This document shows, piece by piece, positions 1-10,758 of a DNA stretch of 64,000 nucleotides (positions within the stretch are counted from its first letter, which is position 1; every line of letters begins with the position of its first letter). The stretch covers positions 352,001 to 416,000 of the forward strand of contig CAWDKY010000015.1 in the NCBI GenBank assembly GCA_963802945.1, in the 5' to 3' direction. Both the position numbers and the translations under genes were made by a program. The notes under the pieces were generated by a model, which worked only from the letters and a program-made list of their open reading frames with translations, did not search any database and had not been told where the DNA came from. The stretch is from an uncultured delta proteobacterium. GTDB taxonomy: Bacteria > Desulfobacterota > RBG-13-43-22.

Positions 1-1024
1 CGGCATGCTTAAGTGCTTTTTTGGTTGATACGACCGGCCCCATGCCCATGATCTGCTGCTTGACCCCACCGTTTCCCCAACCGATGATCCGGGCCAGAGG
101 TTCTAATCGCATTTTAATGGCCATCTCTTCACTCATGATCAGACTGGCCGTGGCACCATAATTGGTCGGGCAGGAATTTCCGGCCGTGATCCTGAGCTCC
201 TGACCGCCGTAACTGACAATATCCTTGACCGGTGGCAACTTAGCCAAAGAGGCCACGTTCGTCTCCGGTCGCAGGCATTCATCGCGGTCAAAGAGGATCA
301 TCTTTCCATGGGCATCTTCCACCCATTGTTTTTTGTCATCAAATACCGGTTCTTCGATTTCCAAAGGTATGACCTCGTCCTTATAGACGCCCTTGCCATA
401 AGCGGCAGCCAGCTTTTTATGGCTCCTTTCGGAAAAGGCATCTATCTCCTGCCTGGTCATGTTATACATCTCAACCACATTCTGGGCAGTCTGGACCATC
501 GAAGCGTTTGGAGGGGAATCAAGGAGAAAATCAGGTATGGGCGTAGAAAAATATTCAAAATGGTCATGGGCCATATCCCGCTGGACCTTATTTTTCTCCA
601 AGGTTCTTGGGTTGAAGTTGCCCACCCGTGTCGTATTCTCCGAGAAACCACGCGGACCGAACTGGCGTTCAACACCAAAAGAGATACCGCATTCATATTG
701 ACCTAAGGCGATGGCCATGGCAATCCGCAACAGGGCCTCCATGCTGGAGGCGCAGTGCCGGTCGGTATAGAAGTTGGTCACTTCATAGGGGAGGCCGGCC
801 AGACGGGAGATATTGTTCAGCATTGAAAGATCCTGGGCCCTGCGCCCGTTGCCGATCCCGAATTCAGCGATCATGGTCGGTTTAACTTTAGGATTCCGGG
901 CCAATAAGGCCTGGACAATCTTGGCCCCCAATTCATCCATACGCGTTGCTTCCAACTTTCCTTTGCCGCCGCGGGAAAAGGCCGACCGGCATCCATCAAC
1001 AATGACTACATTCCTTGCGTTCAT
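1..1024 (-). CDS. Thiolase family protein, paralog 1 (runs off the left edge)
   Basis: Manual translation from ATG 1024 gives MNARNVVIVDGCRSAFSRGGKG...RHCASSMEAL...ITAGNSCPTN...GGVKQQIMGMGP, open to the edge and colinear with the adjacent thiolase. Absent from the ORF track because no stop falls in the window. Confidence 0.92.
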   Translation of the reverse strand, partial: MNARNVVIVDGCRSAFSRGGKGKLEATRMDELGAKIVQALLARNPKVKPTMIAEFGIGNGRRAQDLSMLNNISRLAGLPYEVTNFYTDRHCASSMEALLRIAMAIALGQYECGISFGVERQFGPRGFSENTTRVGNFNPRTLEKNKVQRDMAHDHFEYFSTPIPDFLLDSPPNASMVQTAQNVVEMYNMTRQEIDAFSERSHKKLAAAYGKGVYKDEVIPLEIEEPVFDDKKQWVEDAHGKMILFDRDECLRPETNVASLAKLPPVKDIVSYGGQELRITAGNSCPTNYGATASLIMSEEMAIKMRLEPLARIIGWGNGGVKQQIMGMGPVVSTKKALKHA

Positions 1025-1095
1025 TTGTTCACCTTTCTTTTATTTAAAAGAAGAGCCTTTATCAAAGTCCTTCTCAATTAACATTCACTGATTGT

Positions 1096-2400
1096 TTAGT
1101 TAAGGGCCTCCAAAATGGTTGTGGCTCCTTGCCCTCCGCCGATACATTGGGTGGCTACGCCGTAACGCTTACCGCTGCGCCGGAGTTCTTTGGCTACGGT
1201 GAGCACAAGACGGCAACCTGTGGCTCCAATCGGGTGCCCGATACCCAGAGAGCCGCCGTTGACATTCACCTTTTCCTCCGGGATACCAAGCTCTCTCAAG
1301 GTGATGATAACCTGGCAGGCAAAGGCTTCATTAAATTCAATCCGGTCGATCTGATCAAGCGTAATACCGGCGTGTTTGATGGCCTTCTTGGTTGAGACGA
1401 TGGGACCTATTCCCATGATCTGCTGTTTGACCCCGCCGTTCCCCCAGCCGATGATCCGGGCCAGCGGTTCCAGTTTCATCTTAAGGGCCATTTCTTCACT
1501 CATCAATAAAGCGGCTGAAGCCCCGGAATTGGTCGGGCAGGAATTGCCGGCTGTGATCCTAAGCTCCTGATTGCCATAACTGACGATACCCTTGACCGGA
1601 CCCAATTTAGCCAGACCTTCCATGGAGCAATCCGGACGCACGCATTCATCGCGGTCGAAGAGGACCTTTGGACCATATTCGTTCTCTACCCATTGACGTT
1701 TATCATCAAACACAGGTTGTTCTATCTCCACCGGAATGATTTCATCCTTATAAATACCTTTTTCATAAGCCGCAGTCAGCTTTTTATGGCTTCGAACAGC
1801 AAAGGCATCCAATTCTTCCCTGGTCATGTCATACATTTCAACCACGTTCTGGGCAGTCTGGACCATGGAGGCATTGGGTGGAGAATCCAGGATAAAATCT
1901 GGTATAGGTCTTGAAAAATATTCAAAATGGTCGTGGGCCAGATTCCGTTGGATTTCGTTCTTCTCCAATGTCCTGGGGTTAAAATCGCTGACCCGCGTCG
2001 TTACCGGAGCAGCACGGCCGCCAAGGAGTTCTCGAGTCATACGCTCTACGCCGAAGGCGATGCCGCAGTCATACTGGCCGAGGATGATGGCCATGGCAAT
2101 GCGCAGCAGGGCTTCCATGCTCGAAGCACAATGCCTGTCCGAGTAAAAATTAGTTACTTCGTAGGGCAGGCCGGCCAAACGGGAAATATTATTCAGGGCT
2201 GAAAGATCCGCGGCCCTGGCGCCGTTACCGATCCCGAATTCGGCAATCATGGTCGGTTTGACCTTGGGATTCCGTTCCAGCAGTGCCCGGACCACCGTTG
2301 CCCCGATTTCATCCATGCGAGTCGCCTCGAACTTCCCCACGCCGCCGCGGGAAAAAGCCGATCGACATCCATCTACAATTACTACATTTCTTGCTTTCAT
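1096..2400 (-). CDS. Thiolase family protein, paralog 2
   Basis: Catalytic motifs RHCASS, NEAF, GHPIG, QCIGGGQG; start placed at MKARNVVIVDG. Confidence 0.95.
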   Translation of the reverse strand: MKARNVVIVDGCRSAFSRGGVGKFEATRMDEIGATVVRALLERNPKVKPTMIAEFGIGNGARAADLSALNNISRLAGLPYEVTNFYSDRHCASSMEALLRIAMAIILGQYDCGIAFGVERMTRELLGGRAAPVTTRVSDFNPRTLEKNEIQRNLAHDHFEYFSRPIPDFILDSPPNASMVQTAQNVVEMYDMTREELDAFAVRSHKKLTAAYEKGIYKDEIIPVEIEQPVFDDKRQWVENEYGPKVLFDRDECVRPDCSMEGLAKLGPVKGIVSYGNQELRITAGNSCPTNSGASAALLMSEEMALKMKLEPLARIIGWGNGGVKQQIMGIGPIVSTKKAIKHAGITLDQIDRIEFNEAFACQVIITLRELGIPEEKVNVNGGSLGIGHPIGATGCRLVLTVAKELRRSGKRYGVATQCIGGGQGATTILEALN

Positions 2401-2592
2401 TAAGTCACCTCTCATTTTTTTTAAATTATCCCTTTGACAGAGAATTGAAAAAATTATTGGAAATAGCACAGACAACCGTATTATAATTTTTGTCAACTGT
2501 TATATTAAAGTTGGATTTCCGATGTCAAGGGGAAAAAAAGAGGCTGCCTTAAACCAACAGGAAAAATTGACTCGACGTTCAATAGAATGGCT

Positions 2593-2973
2593 TCAGGAGG
2601 GAGCGTTAGTTTTTTTACCGAATAACTGATTCAGACGAAGGAGCAGGGAAAAGTCGCCTATGACTTTGTACTTCTGTTCCATAAACATCTGCTGACCGTC
2701 GGCCTTGCGGGTTAAGATATCCATCCAGATCTCAAAAGGGGATTCAATGGTCACCTCCGGGTTTTCGGCCTCACCCATTCCCGTGGTGATGCCGCCGTTT
2801 TCAATTTTAAAATAACAAGGCCCCTCAACTTCCCCGGAAAAATTAAATTGCATAACGGCCTTCAAGTCCTGGGCGGCTTCCGGATTGAAGCCCATAGACA
2901 TGATTATCAGGAAGGTCTCGATGGAGTCTGGTCGCGGCATGATTTCTTTTTCGTCAAATTCCCTGGGGGACAT
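2593..2973 (-). CDS. SCP2 sterol/lipid-binding domain protein (start uncertain, possibly a fragment)
   Basis: FNPEAAQDLKAVMQFNFSG...ADGQQMFMEQKYKVIGDFSLLL fits the SCP2 pattern. Confidence 0.8.
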   Translation of the reverse strand: MSPREFDEKEIMPRPDSIETFLIIMSMGFNPEAAQDLKAVMQFNFSGEVEGPCYFKIENGGITTGMGEAENPEVTIESPFEIWMDILTRKADGQQMFMEQKYKVIGDFSLLLRLNQLFGKKTNAPS

Positions 2974-3197
2974 TTTAACTTTGGTAGCACAACCTTGCTT
3001 TTTCTCCTTGACCCTTCATCAGGCTTATTTTATGCTTTAACTATTCCCAAAAGTCCTCACTGCATTGACTGCAGGGGAAGAGAGGATAAACCCCCTGGAT
3101 ATTTAGAAGGGACAACAATTCATTCTATTTCAGGGCTTCCTTTTAGTGAATGGTTTTCAATGAAGCCCTGATAATAAACTTAAGAAGGAGAAAGCAG

Positions 3198-4875
3198 ATG
3201 GCTGAAGTAAGAGCAGGTAAAATCTTGGTTAAAATACTTAAAGAGGCGGGCGTCAAGTTTTTATCGGGGATTCATGGCGGTCATCTGTGGCCCCTATTGA
3301 GTGCCCTTGATGAAGACATGAGAATGATTCATCTTCGCCATGAACAGTCAGGACCTTATATTTCGGATGGGTGGGGCAGGACCACGGGCCGTCCCGGGGT
3401 ATGCTTCGGGACCGCTGGACCGGGGATGTACAATATGGTACCCGGTATCGCCCACGCCTTTTTATGCAAAAGTCCGGTGGTGGCCATCGCCGGTCAGCAT
3501 GAGGCCTTTCATGATGGCTGGGCCCCATTCCAGGAAGGATACGGGGAAGAGGTCTGCCGGAGCTTCACCAAGTGGTCTAAAAGGATCGTTGATCCCCGGA
3601 CTATGACCTTCCATCTCCAGAAGGCCTTGAGGGATGCGGTGGCCTATCCTCCAGGGCCGGTAGTCCTGGAGATCCCGGTGAATGTCCTGGGTAGAAGGGA
3701 AGAGGAGGCCAGGCAAATAGGCTATATCCCGACGGATCAATGTGCTGATATGAGTAAATCTGTGGCCGATCCGATCCTGGTTGATAAGATCGTACAAATG
3801 TTTCTTGAGGCTAAAAGACCGGCTATCATCGGGGGAGATGGGATCTACTGGTCGGGGGCCTCGGAAGAATTGAGGGAATTTGTTGAACTGCTGAATATTC
3901 CGGTCATCACCAGGCGAATGGGAAGAGGGGCGGTTCCCGAGACCCATCCCCTGGCTTTTACCGGTGCTTTCCGGAGACCCATCTTAATGGTGCGGACGTG
4001 ATCGCCGTCTTTGGGCTGCGGATGAGCAATCTGGAGCACTATGGCCAACCCCCGACTTACAGTCACCAGGCCAAATATATCCTGGTATCGGAGGCCTATG
4101 AAGATCTGGATGCCAGGGTCCCCACAGAAATCAGGCTCATGGCCAATCCCAGGCTGGTCCTCAGGCAGATGATCGATTGTGCCAAGGATCTGATCAAAGA
4201 AACCCCCGAGCGGACCGAATGGCTTAAACAGGTAGCCACGGCCAAAGAGGCTGCCCGGAAAAAGCGGGTCGAGATGGTCGAAGGGGTACGTGAGCGCCAG
4301 GCCCATCAATCCGCATTTTCTGGCCCAGGAGGTCGTGGATTTTCTGGATGACAGCGCCACCATTATCCTTGGATTCCTATTCCATGGCCGGTTTTACCAC
4401 CGACAAGATCGATGCCAAATTCGCCGGGCAGGTCCTGGATGCGGGCACGGACGGAGGGGTCGGCCACTCGGTGGGGATAGCCATAGGCGCCCAGATGGGC
4501 AGACCCGGGAAGCAGGTGCTGGCCTTGCTGGGAGACGGCGGTTTAGGGGTCGCCGGATTCGATATTGAAACCGCCGCCAGGTACAAAATTCCGGCCGTGT
4601 ACCTCCTTTTCAACAACAGCTCCTGGATAAGCACGGAGTTTCAGAAGACGACTTTACCCAAGGTGGATTCCTGGGGGATGCTGCCCGATATTCGATACGA
4701 TAAGATGTTTGCCGAGGTGGGCTGCCACACCGAGTTTGTTACCGAACCGGAGCAGATCCGCCCGGCCCTGGAGCGGTCTTTTAATTCCGGGAAGACTTCC
4801 CTGATCAATGTTATTCCCGACAATACGATTTTACCTCCACAGATAGGCGTAAGCCAGGCCAGGGCACGCGAGTAG
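3198..4875 (+). CDS. Thiamine-pyrophosphate enzyme (acetolactate synthase / oxalyl-CoA decarboxylase / 2-hydroxyacyl-CoA lyase-like), split by about 3 frameshifts
   Basis: RHEQ and GTAGPG in the N-terminal part, TPP motif LGDGGLG...NN in the C-terminal part; pieces 3198-4001, 3998-4351, 4290-4568 and 4348-4875 join into one protein; AAGGAG RBS. Confidence 0.88.
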
Positions 4876-4895
4876 TCCGGAAAGGAGAGGGTTTT

Positions 4896-5622
4896 ATGAG
4901 GATCGACGACAAAGAATGCGTAGGGTGCGGACTGTGTCTGGTCTATTGCCCCATGGGGGCTATCAGCATGGATGAGGAAACTGAGGCCGCTATGATCGAT
5001 GAGGATGAGTGTGTGGAATGCGGCGTCTGTTTCAGATCCAAGGTGTGTCCGGTAGATGCCTTTGAGGAAGAGGTCCATTCCTGGCCCCGTTCCATAAGGG
5101 CGGCTTTTTCCAATCCTCTTCTGGTCCACAAAGAAACCCGGGTTCCGGGTCGGGGAACAGAGGAGGCCAAAACCAACGATGTAACCGGGCAGTTCAGAAA
5201 GGGCTTTGTCGGTGTAACCACAGAGATGGGCAGACCGGGTCTTGGAGCAAGATTCTATGATGTCGAAAAGGTGGCTCAGGCACTGGCCAGGGCCGGGGTT
5301 GACTTCGCTCCCAATAATCCGGTCACCTATTTGATGGTTGATCAGAGAACCGGGAAATTAAATAAGGAGATTATCAACGAGAAGGTTTGTTCGGCCATGA
5401 TCGAAAGCACCACCCCCATTGAAAATCTCCCTAAAGTGATAAAGGAGCTGAAAGGGGTCGCTCCTCAGATAGAGACCGTTTTTAGTCTGACGATTTCAAG
5501 CCGGCTGGAGGATGACGGCACAGCGCCCTGCGAGAAAATATTGAAAGACCTTGAGGTGCCGTTTTACATCAATGGGAAAGACCAATGTGGGCCTGGGCCG
5601 TCCCTTGTTTGAGGAGGTATAG
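4896..5622 (+). CDS. 4Fe-4S dicluster ferredoxin-domain protein
   Basis: CVGCGLCLVYCP and CVECGVC...CP; a probable 1-nt indel near 5578 would restore the end NGKTNVGLGRPLFEEV* (stop 5622; ORF-track stop 5612). Confidence 0.85.
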
Positions 5623-5624
5623 TT

Positions 5625-6248
5625 ATGACCCATACATTACACCGGCGAGGATCGGAAAAAAGTTTAGAGAGGGATTATGTCCTGTTGTGCATGGCCGCCA
5701 AGGGGATCAATGAAAAAGGCTCTGAGGAGAAGATGCGGGAGTTTCTGAGGATCAATCTGCGTCATAATCCGGTCAATATTGGGGATATGAGAACAGGCAA
5801 TATGTACAATGTACCCATCGATGAGATCATGAAAAAAGTCACCAGCACGAGCATTGTTCATGGTGTTTTCACCGATCAGGAAACGGTGATGAATGTCCTG
5901 AAGGATCTTAAGAAAGCCGATCTGGGACTGTCGGTCGTGGTCAGCGGTCCTTTCGGCTGTGTGGGAGAGCTTTGCCGGGCCGCCGGACTCCGTCCCCATT
6001 CTGTGGATTACTCAGGGGATATCTGGGGGAAAAGGGATAAATTGCCGTCGGATGAGATACTGGAAGTGACCACCATGTGCGGTCACGCCATGGTGGCAAC
6101 TAACTTGGTGAAGTCCCTGATCGATGAAATAAAAGCCGGGGAGAGAAGCGCCGAGGATGCCGGTAAAGAACTGGCCAGGATCTGTGAATGCGGGATATTC
6201 AACCCGGTCCGTGCAGCTGAACTTTTGAAGGGAATGGCCTCAAAATAA
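5625..6248 (+). CDS. Uncharacterised Cys/His-containing protein
   Basis: Clean 207-aa ORF with GAGGAGG RBS, tightly coupled to the upstream gene; motifs MTHTLHRRG, TTMCGH, ICECGIFNP. Confidence 0.8.
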   Translation: MTHTLHRRGSEKSLERDYVLLCMAAKGINEKGSEEKMREFLRINLRHNPVNIGDMRTGNMYNVPIDEIMKKVTSTSIVHGVFTDQETVMNVLKDLKKADLGLSVVVSGPFGCVGELCRAAGLRPHSVDYSGDIWGKRDKLPSDEILEVTTMCGHAMVATNLVKSLIDEIKAGERSAEDAGKELARICECGIFNPVRAAELLKGMASK

Positions 6249-6353
6249 GGTTAAGGTTCAAGTTCAAGGTGTAAGGTTCAAAGATAAAGACCGAGACCCT
6301 ATACCCTACCCTTAGACCTTGTACCGGGGTTTTTTAGTTTAGGAGGTCTGAAA

Positions 6354-7531
6354 ATGGGTCTGCCATTGGAAGGAATAAGGGTCGTAGATTTTACCCAGTA
6401 TCAACAGGGAACGGTCTGCACGGAGATGCTGGCCGACTGGGGAGCGGATGTAATCAAGATAGAGCCCCGCAATATCGGTGAACCGGGCAGGGGAGGAAAC
6501 GCCTGGGGGCCTAAAGGTGTGCCCGTTTATTTTGAGGCTTATAACCGCAACAAGAGGAGCATGACCATAGACCTTAAGAAAGAGAAGGGCAAGGAGATCG
6601 TCTATAAACTGGTAAAAACAGCAGATCTATTTGCCCAGAACTTCCGCCCTGGTGTGGCCGAACGCCTGGGTTTTGGGTATAAAGCCTTGTCCGAGATCAA
6701 CCCCAGGATTATCTATCTGAGCGGGTCGGGTTTTGGCCTGAAAGGTCCCATGTGGGACCGTCCCGGATTCGATTCCGTGGGCCAGGCCATGGGGGGACTC
6801 ATGAGCATCAACGCCCAGCCCGGTATGACCGAGCATATGGTAGGGACTGGAATCGGCGACCAGACAGGGGGTTTCCTGCTCAGCTGGGGGGCCTTGCTGG
6901 CCTTGATCGATCGTGAACGGACCGGGAAAGGTCAGGAAGTTGATGTTTCTCTGATAGGCAGTGTGATCGCTTTACAAAGTTCGACCTTCCTGGCCCACCT
7001 TTTGACCGGCCATGTCCCAGAAAAACGAAGGGGTCGAATCACCACCACGGTCTTTGCCAGCAGCTTCACAGCCAAGGACGGCAAGTCTTTCATCATCCAG
7101 ACCGTCGGCGCGGAAAAAAGGGACAAGGTCTTTGAACTGGCAGGTCTGGACAAAGACCCCAGGTTTGATACCAAGGAAAAAGGCGCCAAAATGAAGATGA
7201 AATGTTTAAGGCCTTTGATGCCGTCTTTGCCACCAAGACCCGTGATGAATGGCTGAAGATTCTGGTGGAGGCTGATATCGTCTGCGCCCCGGTTTACAGC
7301 TACCCTGAGGTGGCCAGTGATCCTCAGGTGTTGGCCAATGAATATGTTGTTGAGATAAACCACCCGACAGAGGGTTCAGCCAGAATTATCGGTAATCCTA
7401 TCCACCTCAGCCGATGTGAGGCCAGGACCGGCGTAGCCCCTCTATTGGGACAGCATACAGAAGAGATATTTAAAGAGGCAGGATATTCCTCGGAAGAGAT
7501 CGCCGCCTTCAGAAAGGAAGAAGTGATTTGA
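6354..7531 (+). CDS. CoA-transferase family III (CaiB/BaiF/Frc-like), one frameshift near 7190
   Basis: PLEGIRVVDF, GADVIKIEP, NRNKRS, QNFRPG, and C-terminal APLLGQHTEE in the second frame. Confidence 0.92.
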
Positions 7532-7675
7532 CTGTTCCCTCTTTAGGGAAACATGAAAGAAGAAAATTTCGAATATCAAATAATAAATGATGAATGTCGA
7601 AGAGGGAAGGGCATTACTTCATGATCAGAAATTTGATGTTCGATATTCAATATTTCTATTTTTGAATTAAGCCCT

Positions 7676-7705
7676 CATGCCCCTTGGTACCCCAAGGGGC
7701 ATGAA
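7676..7705. terminator. Perfect 13-bp hairpin between convergent genes
   Basis: tcatgccccttgg-tacc-ccaaggggcatga lies between the CoA-transferase (+) and ilvC (-). Confidence 0.55.
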
Positions 7706-7756
7706 ATTTGGCTTTTCACCGAACACCGAACTCTTAACTCGAAACTTATCTTCGTA

Positions 7757-8856
7757 TTAAGCCTTCCGTCCTCCGACACCCTTAGTGCTCTTGGTAACGG
7801 TTTTGGCCTTCTCTTTGGGCCGCAAGGCTCGAACGGCAGCACCGGTCCGCCACATCTCGGAGTTACGCATTTGGCCTAATTCTTTGGCCAAGAGCGCCTG
7901 ATAGTTCTTCCCACCGCAGCTCTTAATAACCCGTTCGGCTTCTTGGCCCGATGCAACGCGTTGGTATAGTACCTTGAATATCGGGGCAACGGCCTTTTTA
8001 AATTTCGGTTTCCAATCCAAGGCCCCGCGCTGTGCGGTGGCCGAGCAGTTGGAGTACATCCAATCCATGCCGTTTTCATCCACCAGTCGGATGAGACTCT
8101 GGGTGAGTTCTTCAACGGTTTCATTGAAGGCCTCGCTGGGGGAGTGACCATGCTTACGAAGTTCGTCGTACTGCGCCTCCATGACACCGGCCAAGCAGCC
8201 CATGAGTACACCCCTCGTTCGCCGACCAGATCGCTGTTGGTTTCGTGTGGGAAGGTCGTTGGGAACAGGTAGCCCGATCCAATGGCAATGCCGATGGCCA
8301 GGCAGCGTTTTTCGGCATTGCCGGTGGCGTCCTGCCAAACGGCATAGCTGGAGTTGATACCGGCCCCGGAAAGAAAATTTCGGCGGACATTGAGGCCGGA
8401 GCCTTTTGGAGCCACCATGATGACATCCACATTCTTCGGAGGCACCACCCCGGATTTCTTTTTATAAGTAATAGAAAACCCATGCGAGAAATAGAGGGCT
8501 TTGCCCGCCTTGAGATTGGCCTTGATAATCGGCCAGATCGCTCTTTGGGCGGCATCGGAGACCAGCATCTGGATGATCGTACCCCGTTTCGCCGCTTCTT
8601 CAATGGAAAAAAGGGTCTTACCGGGAACCCAGCCGTCGGCGACAGCACGGTCCCAGTCTCTTTTGAACTCACGGGCTTGACCGACGATGACATTGAAGCC
8701 GTTGTCTTTCATGTTTAGGGCCTGTGCGGGTCCCTGGACGCCGTAACCGATAACGGCGATAACTTCCTTCTTCAACACCTGGCGGGCCTTGGCCAAGGAA
8801 AATTCCTTTCGTGTCACCACGGTCTCCCGGACTCCGCCAAAATTAATCTTTGCCAT
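7757..8856 (-). CDS. ilvC: Ketol-acid reductoisomerase, one frameshift near 8210
   Basis: IGYGVQGPAQALN, FSHGFS, VAPKGSG, SDLVGERG; second frame continues LMG...HSPSEAFNETVEE...CSATAQRGALDW. Confidence 0.96.
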
Positions 8857-9258
8857 AGTTTGCTATTCCTCCTTTTTAAATATGTCGAGTTATTACTTCG
8901 TCACCTATTCTTTCTGTTTTGAGATTATAGAATCAAACGGCCTATCTGTCAAATCCTTATCGGCACAACAAAGAATACATAAGGATTCAGGGGGCCAAGA
9001 AAAGGTTCAAGGTAAACCCTAAACCGTATACCGTCTTCCTTATACCAGCGGTTTATTTGAATCCTGGAATCCTCGAGCCCTATTTTAGTTATAAATACTT
9101 ATTGACTTCAGGGAAAGAGTTTAGTAACGATTTTCTATAAATCCAAAAAGACAAGCCATGAGAAACCGGAAGGTCATTGTCTTGGCCACTGCCAGAAACT
9201 CTTTTTACCGGAAAATAACTAACAAGAATCCACAAACAAATATTGAAAGGATCGGCCT

Positions 9259-10515
9259 ATGAACTTTTCCAATGAATACAATAAGGAACAGAAAGAATTC
9301 GCTAAAGAAGTTCGCACCTGGCTGAAGAATAACGTCCCTAAGGGACTCATCAAGCCCAGGAGTATTATGAAGATAAGCCGCGAACAATGGGAGATGCGAC
9401 GCGATCTGTGCCGCAAACTCGGAGAGAAAGGATGGTTGTATCCATCTTATTCACAGGAATACGGGGGGGGCGGCCTTGACGGAGACAAAGCCGCTGTTCT
9501 GTATATTGAGATGGCCAAACAGGAGTTGAGCCTTCCCCCTGTATACGACTCAGGCAAACTGGCGGCACCGACCTTAATGGCCTGTGCAACGGATGAGCAA
9601 AAAAAACGTCTGCTTCCGCCCATACTCAAAGGCGAAGCGATCACCTGGCAGCTTTTCACCGAACCGGAGGCCGGTACGGACGAAGCTAACCAGCAGACCA
9701 ATGCCCTGCGCTCAGTCCAAGAAAAAGATTATTTCATCGTCAACGGCAGTAAAATATTTGTCGGTGGGCTTTACGCCCCACCCGATCAATTTTTGCTTCT
9801 AACCCGAAGCAGTCTTGAAGCACCCAGGCATCAGAACCTGGCCATGTTTCTGGCCCCGGCCAATTTGACCGGTATTCAAATTTATCCGCTTGATCTTTTC
9901 CCAGAGGGCACGCTTGCCCAGGTCTGTTATCAATCCGCGGACAGCGCGCCGGGGGTCAAACATTCCGTATTTTTTGAAGATGTCAAGGTCCATGAATCCT
10001 ACCTGATCGGCGGGGATCAGGACGGCTGGAAAGTCACCAACGCTACCTTGACGGTTGAACATGGAGACAGGGATAGCGACCATGCCGGTACCGGCGCCGC
10101 CTTTATTCCCCAAAATCACCTGGTGGAAAAATTTCTTGACCAGTGCAAAAACAATCCGGAAATAAAGAGCCGGTTACTGGAAAATCCTCATTTGCAAGGG
10201 GACATGGTGGAGGCCTATATTGGCGGTCAGATAGAGAGACTTTTTTATATGCGAAACGCCGGTTTGCCCAGGGCCGGGAGGCGCGCCGCTTATGCGGGAC
10301 CACAAACCAGCTTGTTTACAAAAAATTTCGGCTTAAACATGACGAGTTACCTGTCCCAGGTTCTCGGTCCCTATACTCTGACCAGCGATGAGGAGTGGGG
10401 TCTGGAGGACGGCCTTTTTGAAGTCTGCGCACGAAGCGGCCTTTGTCTGGCACCGGGCGGCACCCCTGAGGCCTTGAAAATCATCATATCCCGGGCCTTG
10501 CGTATCGGAAGGTAG
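9259..10515 (+). CDS. Acyl-CoA dehydrogenase family protein
   Basis: WQLFTEPEAGTD, VNGSKIF, GGTPEALKIIISR. Confidence 0.92.
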   Translation: MNFSNEYNKEQKEFAKEVRTWLKNNVPKGLIKPRSIMKISREQWEMRRDLCRKLGEKGWLYPSYSQEYGGGGLDGDKAAVLYIEMAKQELSLPPVYDSGKLAAPTLMACATDEQKKRLLPPILKGEAITWQLFTEPEAGTDEANQQTNALRSVQEKDYFIVNGSKIFVGGLYAPPDQFLLLTRSSLEAPRHQNLAMFLAPANLTGIQIYPLDLFPEGTLAQVCYQSADSAPGVKHSVFFEDVKVHESYLIGGDQDGWKVTNATLTVEHGDRDSDHAGTGAAFIPQNHLVEKFLDQCKNNPEIKSRLLENPHLQGDMVEAYIGGQIERLFYMRNAGLPRAGRRAAYAGPQTSLFTKNFGLNMTSYLSQVLGPYTLTSDEEWGLEDGLFEVCARSGLCLAPGGTPEALKIIISRALRIGR

Positions 10516-10564
10516 ACGGTAGCTGGTATCCAAATATTAACAGGATGTGGAAAAACTCTTTTTT

Positions 10565-10721
10565 ACAGGTTGCTCAAAAAGGTTCAAATACAAGGCGTCC
10601 CGAAACCGGGAACCCGCCCCGAAGGGGTGGGACTGAGCGTTGCCCTTTAGGCGAAGAAATCCCGAGGAATGAGGACAATCCCGCCATTGGCGGGATTGAT
10701 GGGCCTTTTTCAGCAACCTGT
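10565..10721. mobile_element. MITE-like element, copy 1, with nested GC hairpins
   Basis: Terminal inverted repeats acaggttgctcaaaaagg / cctttttcagcaacctgt; shares ends and internal ccgaggaatgagg with 48801-48925. Confidence 0.75.
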
Positions 10722-10758
10722 TGACGGAGCAAACCTTTTCAATAAGAGGAGATGACCT

